The notes under the pieces were generated by a model that saw only the letters and a program-made list of their open reading frames with translations, was not told the origin of the DNA and made no database searches. Shown one piece after another: positions 52,399 through 63,200 of a DNA stretch of 64,000 nucleotides (within the stretch, counting starts at the first letter, position 1; each line of letters begins with the position of its first letter). Where the stretch lies: contig CAXXLF010000001.1 of NCBI GenBank assembly GCA_963664015.2, positions 672,001 through 736,000 of the forward strand. Direction: 5' to 3'. The translations under genes were made by a program, and so were the position numbers. Origin of the DNA: Candidatus Binatia bacterium. GTDB lineage: Bacteria > Desulfobacterota > Binatia > UBA9968 > CAXXLF01.

Positions 52399-52543
52399 GA
52401 TGAAAACACTTAAACGGTTCGCCCTCCAGTTACAAGCGGGGGGAACCGCAGGATTACGTTGTCCGTATGGCGCGCATACTGGAGAAAACCTTTACTGGTT
52501 TACGTCCGGGTTCTTTCACAGAGGCGAAAAATGGGTTTTGGAA

Positions 52544-53311
52544 CTACAGGGCGAGTTCGACCATAACCGGCGCATGGTCTGAAGGCCGTTCGTGGGCACG
52601 CATGTCGCGATCGACGACGAATTGCTTGCAGCTACCGGCAAGTTCCCGTGACAACAGGATGTGGTCGATGCGCATTCCCAGTTTCCGTCTGAAGGAATTC
52701 ATGCGGTAGTCCCACCAGGTAAAGCAGCCGCCCCCTTGTTCCAAGAGCCGAAGACTGTCCACTAGTCCCAATTGAATGAGCTCCGTGAAGGCCTCCCGCT
52801 CCCGTGCACTGAATAGGACCTTGCCTTCCCAAACCGCTGGATCGTACACGTCGCGTTCGTCGGGAGCGATATTGAAATCTCCGAGAACCGCAAGCTTGGG
52901 GAAGGTAACCAACTCGGCCTTGAGCCATTGGGTCAGGTGCTCCAGCCACTGAAGCTTGTATTGATACTTGTCGGACTCGACGCTCTCCCCATTGGGCACG
53001 TAAATACATATGACACGGACACCCTGGACGGTAGCGGCCACAACTCGCTTTTGCGGATCCTCGTAGCCGGGGATTCCCACAGTGACTTGGTCCGCAGTAG
53101 TGCGGCAGAGAATCGCAACACCGTTATAGGTCTTCTGGCCTACAAAGACCGGCTGGTAACCCGCAGCACCAATCGCGTCGGTTGGAAACTTGACGTCTTC
53201 CATCTTGGTCTCTTGCAGACACAAGACGTCCGGGGTACGGGTCGCCAGCCATGCCTCAACCTGGGGCAGGCGAACCTTCAGGGAGTTAACGTTCCAGGTG
53301 GCGAGTTTCAT
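52544..53311 (-). CDS. xth: Exodeoxyribonuclease III
   Basis: MKLATWNVNS, LQETK, YNGVA, YVPNG, GDFNIAP, TWWDYR, RIDH, SDH. Confidence 0.96.
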   Translation of the reverse strand: MKLATWNVNSLKVRLPQVEAWLATRTPDVLCLQETKMEDVKFPTDAIGAAGYQPVFVGQKTYNGVAILCRTTADQVTVGIPGYEDPQKRVVAATVQGVRVICIYVPNGESVESDKYQYKLQWLEHLTQWLKAELVTFPKLAVLGDFNIAPDERDVYDPAVWEGKVLFSAREREAFTELIQLGLVDSLRLLEQGGGCFTWWDYRMNSFRRKLGMRIDHILLSRELAGSCKQFVVDRDMRAHERPSDHAPVMVELAL

Positions 53312-54087
53312 TAATGAACGGGGGAATTCTCCTGCACATAGCGTTCGTACAGGACGTCGGGCCACGACGAGAACTGGCTCCCCCTGTGGGATGTTACCAA
53401 ACGCTCGACCTGCATCCTCATCCCCGCATAATCCGTTTCTTTGACGATACCCAGTGTGTATAGTTTTTGAAGCATCAGCGCGCCCTCGGGTCCGTGCTCC
53501 CGCAGGTCCGCTTCCACGTGAAGGTCGAAGTATTCAAGCATCTCGTCTGGAACGCCGTACTTGGTATGCAGGGTGTCTCGCCAGTGCTTCAGGATGTAGC
53601 CGACAAAGCCCTCCAGCATCCACCTGACCGCCGTCTGCACCGGGCTTTGAGAGCGGTAAACCTGCGCCGTGTTGAAGGCCGCCTCGGTTTCGGGAATCGG
53701 CCGCGCGCTGCGCAACGCCTCATCCGCTACGCCAAGATAACGAGTGAACTTCAGGTAGGTGCGACCGTGGCCGCCCGGGGCCGGGTCCGCCAGCTCGCTC
53801 CCCATCTTGGAGGCTACAATATCGTAAAGGTCGGGGTTCCGGCGCCACAAATCGATGTGATTGACCAGCGCCCAGGTTACGCTGGCGTTGGTCATCTGGA
53901 TAAAGATGTAATACTGCTTTACGTATTCTCTGAGGAAATCCACCGGGACTTTCCCAGCGAAAAATTCCTGGTAAAACCGTCCCAGTTTGTGCCCTGTCTT
54001 GAAAGGATGCTCTTGCGTGGTATCGTCGAACCAACCCTTGAATGACTCGAAGGTAGAGAATTTGAGCTCTGCCGATTCCATACTCAT
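53311..54087 (-). CDS. Heme-oxygenase-like diiron (PqqC/CADD/TenA-fold) redox enzyme
   Basis: Candidate ligands SEL..P..GHG, LEG, YFDLHVEADLREH; TAATG overlap with xth. Confidence 0.78.
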   Translation of the reverse strand: MSMESAELKFSTFESFKGWFDDTTQEHPFKTGHKLGRFYQEFFAGKVPVDFLREYVKQYYIFIQMTNASVTWALVNHIDLWRRNPDLYDIVASKMGSELADPAPGGHGRTYLKFTRYLGVADEALRSARPIPETEAAFNTAQVYRSQSPVQTAVRWMLEGFVGYILKHWRDTLHTKYGVPDEMLEYFDLHVEADLREHGPEGALMLQKLYTLGIVKETDYAGMRMQVERLVTSHRGSQFSSWPDVLYERYVQENSPVH

Positions 54088-54133
54088 GCTCCTTCCATGC
54101 TAAATGGATTTAAATAAGTGCCCGTTTCTGTCT

Positions 54134-54530
54134 CTACTCGGCCAATCCCGTGATAACTAGACCTGGTGGAAGAATGCCGAGTCGCTTCACGCCCTTTTCG
54201 GTCATGACCATGGTATCGCCCAAGGAACCGTTATCGGTTTTGCCGTCCACTTCAAAACTCAGGGTCCGCTTGAAGATGAAGGCCCAGCCCTTTGTAAAGA
54301 CCATATCGAGCGTCGCCTCATCCGCATGGCCGGTCACCAGCGGCCCATCGGATCCCAGACCACGGCCATGCATTAGGAACTGTCCGTTCATATTCTGGTA
54401 TCTGGACCAACCGAGCAGGAGCCGTGTCGCTTGGTATTCGCAGAGGGAGTTGACTTCACGGACCGTAAGCCCGACCCGGAGACTTTCGAAGCAACGGTGC
54501 CAATACTCGGCGTGCATGGCATAGGACCTC
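54134..54530 (-). pseudogene. M24 (Xaa-Pro peptidase-like) C-terminal fragment
   Basis: MHGRGLGSDGPL...GDTMVMTEKGVKRLG; no N-terminal part. Confidence 0.6.
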
Positions 54531-54665
54531 TTTTTCTGAATAAAGTTTCCTATTTCATCGGGGAGAACGGCGGGAGGAGCAAGTATCGGCGAGTCATATG
54601 AGCCCCCTGGACGAAACCGAGTATCCGCTAAGCCGCGGCCTCGTGTCAACGGTTTTCTCGTTGGG

Positions 54666-56903
54666 TCATTGACCCCGTTTGGCCGTGAAAACCTTTTCCG
54701 CCGTAATCGGCAACTGGAACAGTCGCACGCCGGCGGCGTTGGCAACGGCGTTGGCAATGGCTGCGGGCGCGATTACATTGGCGTGCTCCCCGATTCCCTT
54801 TGCGTCATAAGGACCGGGACCGTCTTGGGAGGGGACCAGAACGGTCTTAAGCTCGGGAATATCACGGATGTTCGGCATCTTGTATTCGCCAAGATTCTGC
54901 GCCGTAATTTTTCCATTCTCCTGCGGCAACTCTTCCATCAAGGCGGTTCCAATGGCCATCATCAGTCCACCGTCAATCTGACCTTGATGGCCCAGGGGGT
55001 TGATGATGGTTCCCACGTCGTGAGCAGTAACGAAACGATGCAATTGCACCCGACCGGTTTCAGGATCCACTTCCACTTCTGCCACCTGGGCAACGAAGGA
55101 AGTGGACGACCCACTTCTCGGAACTTCCACCTCCACGTTGACCGTGACCGATCCGCCGGTCGCTCCAACGACGTCTGACAGTTGGATCGTTTTACGCCGC
55201 TTGTTACCGGTCCAGAATTTCCCAGCCTTGTATTGAACCTCGGCCCCAGTACACTGGAGCATCTGGGCCGCTTGCGGCACTAGTTTTTCCTTCATCTCGG
55301 TGCAAGCCTGAATTACCGCATGACCACCGATGTTGGTCGAACGACTGCCACCGAAACCAATATCGACGCTGTAAGGGACCTCGGACGTGTTTCCCACCCG
55401 GCAGCTAACCCGATCTACAGGCACGTCCATCTCCGAAGCCACTGTCTGGCATAAAATATTTCTGAGACCGGTGCCCTGATCACCGCTAACGGTAAAGACC
55501 GTGAACCTCCCATCGAGCTCGACGGTAACAACGATCCAACCCTTGCCGGCCCCTGTCCCACGCTCGTACATAGCCAATCCGAGGCCATAGTTGTCCCCGC
55601 GCTTGGGTTTCTTCCAACCGGCCGCGTCCAGTGCTGCTTGGAGCGTTTCCCGCGCCTTCACGCCGCGCCAGGATTTGCCCAGGGCGTTTTCCTCTCCTTC
55701 ACCCACCAGGTTCTTCATACGGAACTCGGCCGGATCCATACCCAGCTCTTTTGCCACGAGGTCCATGTGGGACTCGACAGCAAACATGGCGTGGATCGCG
55801 CCCGGCGCCCGCCAAAATCCGCAGGGCACCGTATTCGTGTAGACCTGAAATGCCTCCATATGGGTATGGTCGATCCGGTACGGGCCGGCGGTCCCCGCAC
55901 CGCCAATGCTTCCCCGTCCCGGCTTGTAGCCCACATAGGCTCCACTGCCATGGACAGCCCGTAGAAAACGAGCCACCAGTCGGCCGTCCCGCTTTACTCC
56001 CGTGCGTACGGTGATCACCGAATCGTGATCCGGGTTGGAAGAAGTCAACTCCTCGGTGTGAGTCAATACGATTCGCACGGGCCGCCCGGCCTTTTTGGCG
56101 AGAAGATAGGCGATGGGTAAATCGCCGGCACCACTTTTACCTCCAAAGTCACCACCGACGTTGACCGCATCCACTTGGACTCGATCGGGGCTCACACCGA
56201 TGGCCCTGGCGAACTGGGCACGGGTGCCGAAGGGGGCTTTGGTGGATGCCCAAACGTGAATTCGACCGTCTTCCTCGATAGCAACTAGGAAGGCCTGAGG
56301 CTCAATGTAACCCTGATGGTGTACGGGAATACGAAACGTATGCTCGATAACCAGATCAGCCTCGTTAAATCCTTTCTCGACGTCGCCTTTACCCCAGGTC
56401 AGCCGGTTGGCCACATTGGGCATGCCTTGGATCGAGTCGTCTCCAGCCGCCCCTTCGTAGGAGGCCGGATCATCGTGCACCAGCGGCGCATTGGGCGCCA
56501 TAGCCTCGAGGGGATCGAACACCGCCGGAAGCTCTTCGTATTCTACTTCGATCAGATTCACCCCTTCCTCTGCGACCTCACGGGTATCGGCGGCAACCGC
56601 CGCGACACGGTCCCCGATAAAGCGAACCTTGTCCCAACAGAGAACCGGCGTATCCTGAACGGACTTTCCCTGGTAGCGCCCATTTGCATCCTGGCCCGTG
56701 ACAACGGCCCGGACTCCGGGAACCTTCAGGGCCTTCGAAGTGTCGACGCGAACGATGCGGGCGTGGGCATAGGGACTGCGTAGAATCTTACCCCACAGGG
56801 CACCTGCGTAGGGCACGTCTGCTGCATACCATGCCTGGCCGCTTACCTTCTCCGCCCCTTCCACTTTACCGACGCGGGCACCGATAGCATTCGATCTGGC
56901 CAT
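54666..56903 (-). CDS. Xanthine dehydrogenase family molybdopterin-binding subunit
   Basis: LRSPYAHA, HQGYIEP, GGDFGGK, WRAPG, VEVDPETG, GQIDGG, AKGIGE. Confidence 0.95.
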   Translation of the reverse strand: MARSNAIGARVGKVEGAEKVSGQAWYAADVPYAGALWGKILRSPYAHARIVRVDTSKALKVPGVRAVVTGQDANGRYQGKSVQDTPVLCWDKVRFIGDRVAAVAADTREVAEEGVNLIEVEYEELPAVFDPLEAMAPNAPLVHDDPASYEGAAGDDSIQGMPNVANRLTWGKGDVEKGFNEADLVIEHTFRIPVHHQGYIEPQAFLVAIEEDGRIHVWASTKAPFGTRAQFARAIGVSPDRVQVDAVNVGGDFGGKSGAGDLPIAYLLAKKAGRPVRIVLTHTEELTSSNPDHDSVITVRTGVKRDGRLVARFLRAVHGSGAYVGYKPGRGSIGGAGTAGPYRIDHTHMEAFQVYTNTVPCGFWRAPGAIHAMFAVESHMDLVAKELGMDPAEFRMKNLVGEGEENALGKSWRGVKARETLQAALDAAGWKKPKRGDNYGLGLAMYERGTGAGKGWIVVTVELDGRFTVFTVSGDQGTGLRNILCQTVASEMDVPVDRVSCRVGNTSEVPYSVDIGFGGSRSTNIGGHAVIQACTEMKEKLVPQAAQMLQCTGAEVQYKAGKFWTGNKRRKTIQLSDVVGATGGSVTVNVEVEVPRSGSSTSFVAQVAEVEVDPETGRVQLHRFVTAHDVGTIINPLGHQGQIDGGLMMAIGTALMEELPQENGKITAQNLGEYKMPNIRDIPELKTVLVPSQDGPGPYDAKGIGEHANVIAPAAIANAVANAAGVRLFQLPITAEKVFTAKRGQ

Positions 56904-57001
56904 AGATGTTTCTCCTCTCGTTTCTTCCCCTCGGACGGGTTCACCACTCCCCTGTGACGAAGGATTTCCCCGGACGCCTCAGGCAAGCAAAAACTTTTCG
57001 G

Positions 57002-57031
57002 ATTATATATATCTTCAAACCCCACCGACAA
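57002..57031 (-). promoter_or_regulatory. Candidate sigma70 promoter for the molybdoprotein gene
   Basis: TTGTCG-18 nt-TATAAT on the minus strand. Confidence 0.5.
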
Positions 57032-57079
57032 GCAACAACCGAACTGGGGCACATTGCCCGTATCATGCACAGCTGGGTC

Positions 57080-58426
57080 TCACCCTTGCTTCGGTGCTTG
57101 CTCAGTGGCAACGAAATCATGAATAATTTGCGCCAGCGTTGGGGCCCTGATCTCCTCCAGACGATAGGTGACCCGGCAGGTGGGCTGCTGGATTTTTACG
57201 ATGCGGTGTAAATCCACGGGGGTCGCAATCAGGACCAGGTCGCAAGGGGTCTGGCGTATAGATTTCTCCAGATCGTGAACCTGTCCCTCGTCGTATCCAA
57301 TGGCGGGAAGGAGGTTTCCCAGATGGGGATAAGCTTCGAATGTATCCCGAATGATGCCGATCGCGTAAGGGCGTGGATCAACCAACTCGGCCGCACCCTG
57401 TTGCCTCGCCGCTAAGACCCCCGCTCCGAAACCCATTCCACCATGGGTCAGAATAGGTCCATCTTCGATAACAAGAACTCGTTTGCCTCGGATGACCAGT
57501 TCGTTCTCGACCGAAAGCGGCATGCCAGCAAGAACAACCTTAGCCGCCCGGTTAAACTGCTCGATGTTGCGCCGCACCCGGCCGACCTTATCCGCATCGG
57601 CGCTGTCGATCTTGTTGTGAATGAAGACATGGGCCCGCAGAAAATTGACCGCGCCAGGGAAATAGGTCAATTCATGGCCCGGCCGCTGGGGATCCAGCAA
57701 AACGATCTCGAGATCGGACACAAAAAACGGTAGATCGTTGTTACCCCCGTCCCAGAAGATGAAATCGGCCTCTTTTTCAGCCAGCTCCAAGATCTTTTGA
57801 TAGTCGACAGCGGCATAGAAAGGTATGGCCACAGGCAAACACCGGTTCATACTCCTCCCTTTCTTCGATCGTACAATAAGCACGGCTGAGGTCCTCCAAG
57901 GTGCTAAACCCTGTGCAATTTGTTTCGAGAGGTCACCATAGGGCATGGGATGACGCACGACACCGACAGGAAGGCCCTCGGCGGTAAGCAGATTGGCAAT
58001 CTTTCTCAACGCTGGGCTCTTACCGCAGCCCGTCCTCACGGCGCACACGGAAACGACTGGTTGTTTGGACGGAAGCATCATGGTCCGGGGGCCGAGCAGC
58101 TTGAAATCTGCACCGCCGGCCATGATCTGAGAGGCCGCACGCATGACATGGCCATGGGAGACGTCACTGTAGGAGAACACCACTTGATCGATATCATGGA
58201 CCTTGATGATGGTCTCCAACTCGCGTCCCGCAAAAATCGAAATCCCTTTTGGATAGCGCTTGCCCGCGAGTTGGGGAGGGTATCTCCTCCCTTCGATCTA
58301 GGGGATCTGAGCTGCCGTAAAGGCGACCACATCATGAGCCGGATCGTCGCGAAAGGCTACATTAAAATTGTGAAAGTCTCGTCCCGCCGCCCCCATGATC
58401 AACACACTAGTCCTTTTCCGTGCCAT
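57080..58426 (-). pseudogene. Cyclic 2,3-diphosphoglycerate synthetase-like / ArcE-like P-loop protein, disrupted
   Basis: MGAAGRDFHNFN, QIP*IEGRRYPP, RTGCGKS, RHPMPYG, WDGGNND, EDGP; in-frame TAG and a locally shifted frame near 57830-57910. Confidence 0.8.
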
Positions 58427-58436
58427 GCTTCGTCCC

Positions 58437-59581
58437 TCACCTTGTGGCCGTGATCAAACGCCTTGCCTCCAACCCGATGACCTGTTCTTCGCCAACGGGT
58501 ACGACATAAACGGCAGGCTTGGACCGCGGTGGTGAAATACGGCCCTCCGTACCGATCCGAGCCTTATTGAGTTTGGGATCGACGCGAAGGCCACACCACT
58601 CCATGGCAGCACAAATGCGAGCGCGTATTTCCGGTGAGTTCTCACCGATCCCGCCGCTGAAAAGCACAGCATCGGCACCACCCAGGACGGCCAGATAGGC
58701 ACCTAGATACTTTCGCGCATATCGTTGGAATGACCGGAGATCCCCAGGAGCCCCGATTTCTTATTGAGCAGGGTCTCGACCTCCGCCACCGTAAGCTGCT
58801 CTTTCTCGGCTAGATTTCGGACAAGCGCCGGATCCAGATTTCCCGATCGTGTCCCCGTGACCAATCCCTCTAGGGGAGTAAAACCCATGGAGGCTCCCAC
58901 AGACTGTCCCTTACGAATTGCGCTTGCGGAACAGCCATTGCCGAGATGAAGTATCACAACATTGACACGCCGTTGGGGAAGGCCCCTGATCTGGGCGTAA
59001 CGAAGCACCAGAGATTAGTGGGCTAAACCATGAAAGCCATACCGTTGGATTCGGTGGCGCCGTGTAAGCTCGTGTGGGATCGCGTAGGTCGATGCGTAAT
59101 CGGGAAGGGTCCGGTGGAAGGATGTGTCGAAAACCGCAATCATAGTAACCTTGGAGCCGAGGACCCTGCGGGCTGCTCGAATTCCGCTGACAGATGCCGG
59201 ATTGTGGAGCAGGGCAAGGTCGCTCAAGGCCTCGATCGCCTTAAGGACTCGGTCATCGATCAGCACCGATGTAAGGAAACGGTCGCCTCCGTAAACCACC
59301 CGATGACCGACCCCATCTACCCGTTCAACAACGTTAGCACGATTGCTTTGGAGCCAGCCCAGCACCCGTTCGACGGCCTCTTCATGGTCCCCAACGGAGG
59401 CTGTCGCATGTTCCGGGGCGCCGCCGGGAAGAGCAAAGGCACAGCTTCCTTCGCTTCCGATACGATCGATCAGACCTCGAGCCACACAGAGGGGATTCCC
59501 TGCCACCCGACTCGATGAGGTCATATGAATCAGCTGAAACTTCAGAGTCGAGCTGCCAGAATTGAGAAGCAGGATATTCAT
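58437..59581 (-). pseudogene. ackA: Acetate kinase, disrupted
   Basis: NSGSSTLK, GHRVV, FDTSFH, YGFHG, HLGNG.S, SMGFTPLEGL, FSGGIGEN spread over three ORFs. Confidence 0.9.
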
Positions 59582-59791
59582 TGTTCAAATGGGTTTAAGC
59601 CATTGGCTATCCGACAATCAAATTAATTCGACCCCAGGGTTTGAATCCCCCTGGTCGACTAAAGGGTAGAGCACCCGCTTCTCCCCTTTAGGAATCCCAT
59701 CGGTTATGGTCCCTCAGCTTGCCGCGGGGTTTCCTAATAATCAAACTCTCCGAAGCCTCAGGTTCCATGCCTAACAACTTGGGCGATCCTT

Positions 59792-60445
59792 TCAGGTAAC
59801 CGACACAATTCGTCCATGGTCGAGTCTCATTCGGAACTGGGCCTGGGACTGGGCCCACTCGGGCTGGTGCGTACAGATCACGATCCCCCTCCCCGAACTG
59901 GCCAGTGAAGCGATCAGTTGCTGTAACCGCTCACTGTTTTCCGCATCCACACCGGCCGTCGGCTCATCGAGCAAAAGCGTCTCGGCTCCTGTGGCGAGCG
60001 CCCTGGCCAAGGCAACCCGTCTGAGCTCTCCACCGGATAGGGCGCTCGCCCCACGTTCCGCAAGGTGTTCGCATCCCATCATCTTCAACGCCTCCAGCGC
60101 CCTTGCAGCGGCTATCTCCGATTTGAACCCACGGGCGCGCACGCCGAATGCAACGTTCGCAAGCACCTTTTTTCGGAAAAGGACCGGATCCTGAGCGACC
60201 AGTGTTACTCGGCGGCGGTGGGACAACCCCTTCCTGCCATAAAACACGTCCTCACCTTTATAACGAAGTGTTCCCCGGTTGGGAGGGTGGAGGCCCGCCA
60301 ACATCCGAAGCAGGGTCGTCTTCCCCGCGCCGTTAGGCCCGGTCACAAGGGCCATCCCGTTAACGGGGATTTCGAGGTCGTCAATTTCCAACGCCTTCGA
60401 GTGTTCAAAGCTAACCTGTATGCCTTTGAGTATAAAAGTCGACAT
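59792..60445 (-). CDS. tupC: Tungstate ABC transporter ATPase
   Basis: GPNGAGKT, LSGGE, LLDEPT; downstream of tupA and tupB. Confidence 0.85.
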   Translation of the reverse strand: MSTFILKGIQVSFEHSKALEIDDLEIPVNGMALVTGPNGAGKTTLLRMLAGLHPPNRGTLRYKGEDVFYGRKGLSHRRRVTLVAQDPVLFRKKVLANVAFGVRARGFKSEIAAARALEALKMMGCEHLAERGASALSGGELRRVALARALATGAETLLLDEPTAGVDAENSERLQQLIASLASSGRGIVICTHQPEWAQSQAQFRMRLDHGRIVSVT

Positions 60446-60446
60446 C

Positions 60447-61133
60447 TCAGGATTTTTGCAGCAGCCGAACCAAAATGTTGGTGACAAGAATAACGGACAT
60501 TAAAACGACCCCAAGGGCGATACCGAAACCAAATTCACCCTTCATACTCTCCAGGGCGATGGCCGTGGTGATGGTGCGGGTGTAGCCTTCTATGTTGCCG
60601 CCGAGAATAACCGCGATGCCCACTTCCGAGGCCGCACGGCCGAAGGCGGCCAGGATGGCGGCCAAAAGACCGAAGCGTGCCTCTAACACCAAAGTCCAGG
60701 CCGAGAGTCCGGTCGAGGCACCCAAAGTCAGGGTCGTCTCTCGTATACGGTTATCAACCGAAGCCAGCGCCGTCATCGCAAAGACAATCAGGACCGGTGC
60801 GAGGAGAATGACCAATCCAATAATGATGGCCGACGGGGCGAAAAGAAGATCCATGAACCCCAGAGGTCCCCGACGCGAGAGAAAACCGTAAACGACCAAT
60901 CCGATAACCACCGTAGGCATTCCGAGAAGGGTCTGGCACAGGGCGATGACTGCCCCCTTGCCGGGGAACCGCTGTGTTGCCAGAAGGTATCCCAGGGGAA
61001 GACTGATCACCGACGCCAGGAGGGTACTGCTGAGGCTTACCTGAAGCGTCACGCGGGCAGCGCTCAAAACCTGGGGGTCACCGTAAAGAGCGCGCAGGAT
61101 CCCATCTCGAAAACCGTCCAGGAGAAATTCCAA
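60447..61133 (-). CDS. tupB: Tungstate ABC transporter permease
   Basis: P.VVIGL, LSRRGPLG, FGRA.SEVG, GGNI.GYTR.ITTAI. Confidence 0.92.
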   Translation of the reverse strand: MEFLLDGFRDGILRALYGDPQVLSAARVTLQVSLSSTLLASVISLPLGYLLATQRFPGKGAVIALCQTLLGMPTVVIGLVVYGFLSRRGPLGFMDLLFAPSAIIIGLVILLAPVLIVFAMTALASVDNRIRETTLTLGASTGLSAWTLVLEARFGLLAAILAAFGRAASEVGIAVILGGNIEGYTRTITTAIALESMKGEFGFGIALGVVLMSVILVTNILVRLLQKS

Positions 61134-61152
61134 AGCTATCTTTCTATCAAGC

Positions 61153-62022
61153 CTACGATGGCTCCCGGATCCCGTGGCCCGTTACCGGCGCGTCGCCATT
61201 TACCGGATAGAAGAGCACTTTTCCGTTCATGCGAAAGCCGGCAATCAGGAGTTGGCCTTGTTCGGAGGTGAGGAACGCTATGTATTTTTTTGCCATGGCG
61301 AACCTCACATGGGGGTGCCGCTTGGGGTTTACCGCGATCACCCCGTAGGGGTTGGAGAGTCTATTATCTCCTTCGACGAGGACTTCAAGGGAAATCTTCT
61401 TCCCGGCACTCATGGCGATGTAGGTGCCGCGGTCGGTCAACGTGTAGCCTTGCTTTTCATCCGCCGCCAGGAGGGTCTTGCCCATCCCCTGTCCCAGGGA
61501 AGCGGACCAGCGGCCCGAGGGCTCCAGTGCAGCAGCCTCCCAAAGGGCCGCCTCTTTTTTGTGTGTGCCCGAGTCATCCCCTCGGCTGAACCACCGGGAT
61601 TTTTTCTCGGCAATCCGTCGGAGCGCAGCAGCAACATCGCTTTCGCCGCGGATGCCCGCGGGATCAGCCCGCGGACCCACTATGATGAAATCGTTGGCCA
61701 TAACGTCGCGCCGGTTGACGCCGTGGCCGTCGGCGACAAACTTGTCCTCAGCGGCGCGGGCGTGAACAAGCACCGCGTCGACGTCGCCGTTTCGTCCCAG
61801 GGCCAACGCCTTGCCCGTACCTACGGCGATGGTGTGAACTTTCACGCCGGTCATCCGCTCAAAAGTTGGGTGCAGGTACTTTAATAAGCCCGAGTTGTCG
61901 GTGCTCGTCGACGTAGCGAGTTTGATGAGCGGCTGTGCCCCGAGTTTACCACTCGACGAATGCACCATAAAGGGCAAAACGAAGAAAAACGCCCAAATCC
62001 ATTTGTCGACACTACAGTGCAT
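61153..62022 (-). CDS. tupA: Tungstate ABC transporter substrate-binding protein
   Basis: ATSTSTDNSGLL, VGTGKAL, SRGDDSGTH, TDRGTY, NPY. Confidence 0.93.
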   Translation of the reverse strand: MHCSVDKWIWAFFFVLPFMVHSSSGKLGAQPLIKLATSTSTDNSGLLKYLHPTFERMTGVKVHTIAVGTGKALALGRNGDVDAVLVHARAAEDKFVADGHGVNRRDVMANDFIIVGPRADPAGIRGESDVAAALRRIAEKKSRWFSRGDDSGTHKKEAALWEAAALEPSGRWSASLGQGMGKTLLAADEKQGYTLTDRGTYIAMSAGKKISLEVLVEGDNRLSNPYGVIAVNPKRHPHVRFAMAKKYIAFLTSEQGQLLIAGFRMNGKVLFYPVNGDAPVTGHGIREPS

Positions 62023-62211
62023 GTTTCGGCCTCTTTATCTTGCGAGCCCTCGTCCGAGTCCCAACCCCCCATTGCCTTCCTAAAACAAGACAGCGGGCCT
62101 GTAGTTTAATCCGTCCCTGCGGAGAATTCAATTTTGTATCCAATGAGTCTTCGGAATATCTATTGATCCACGGCTTACGGGTCAAGGCTTCTACTGGCTG
62201 TCGTTCTCAAT

Positions 62212-63129
62212 TCACCAAAGGTCACGGAAGCCCACGGCCACCACCTGTTCATAGGGGACAGGGCTGGACAGCAAACCAACGGATTGTGCGAAGCGGTTAA
62301 GTTTAATCACGGCATCTTCCGAGATGACAGGATCGTAAAAGGAGGAGTCCCGCTCCACAAGCGTCTGAATGAGGGCCGCAGCGTCGGGAGGGAAGCGGCG
62401 TCTGCCTACCTCCGCGGCTTGCGCCGGATCTTCACGAAGTGCCCTTTGGGTCTTTACAATCGCCCGGACAACGGCCGCGATGGACGACGGATCACGCGCG
62501 ATTAATGCGTCCATTGTGGCGAGCCCGGCGAAGGTAAAGTGACGGACCTCGGCAGGGTCATCGCCCCGTCGCACGTCGAGAAGAACCTTACCAACGCCTC
62601 GCCTCACCGCAGTCTCGCTCCCCATGGCATTGGCCCAGAAACCATCAACCAGGCCTGCTTCAAGTGCATGGGCGGCAAAGACACCGAAGGAAACCTTAGC
62701 CCCATCGGTACCCGGAGGGTGCACGACTTGCACTCCCTCTCGATGGGCGTCGATTCCGGCTTCGATTAGCAACTGTTTGAACGTGAGGTCGGGCCCATGG
62801 GCCGCTGCAATTCGGAGCCCCTTCAGCACACTGATATCTCCCCGCTTCCCAGGGAGATCGCTACGAACGACGAGCAGATGGGGCGTCCCCTGGGACAGGG
62901 CAACCACCAGCTTGACCCCTTTCCAACTGGGAAACACGGTCAGGAGATCGTACACCGTGCCGGCAATCATGGCATCGGCCTTGCCATCTCTGAGCGCCGC
63001 CGTTGCCATGAGCTGGGGAAACAGCTCCACATGAGCGTCCAACCCTTCCGCTCGGTAAAATCCCAACTCCTCTGCGGCGAGGGCAGGAAAACAGGTGTTG
63101 CTTACAAGATCAACGGCGGCAATGCGCAA
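62212..63129 (-). CDS. NMT1/THI5-like ABC substrate-binding-fold protein
   Basis: PALAAEELGFY.AEGLD, LKGLRI; TTG start with GGGAG RBS. Confidence 0.8.
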   Translation of the reverse strand: MRIAAVDLVSNTCFPALAAEELGFYRAEGLDAHVELFPQLMATAALRDGKADAMIAGTVYDLLTVFPSWKGVKLVVALSQGTPHLLVVRSDLPGKRGDISVLKGLRIAAAHGPDLTFKQLLIEAGIDAHREGVQVVHPPGTDGAKVSFGVFAAHALEAGLVDGFWANAMGSETAVRRGVGKVLLDVRRGDDPAEVRHFTFAGLATMDALIARDPSSIAAVVRAIVKTQRALREDPAQAAEVGRRRFPPDAAALIQTLVERDSSFYDPVISEDAVIKLNRFAQSVGLLSSPVPYEQVVAVGFRDLW

Positions 63130-63200
63130 CGGGTACTCTCCCTTGGAATCGAATCCATGGCCCCCTTATTTCTAACGGTAGGACCCTCTCCCCTCCCAAT

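Noticed and set aside
46732-58426. Several in-frame TAG codons (flavodoxin, HDO, ArcE-like, IdrA-like) suggesting pyrrolysine or TAG reassignment
   Set aside because: TAG is the normal stop of secA, argJ, tctC and others; the TAGs fall at unrelated residue types and several of these genes also have frameshifts
59628-59661. gggtttgaatcccc resembling a tRNA T-arm or att site
   Set aside because: No cloverleaf, imperfect TTC motif and stem, and no integrase nearby
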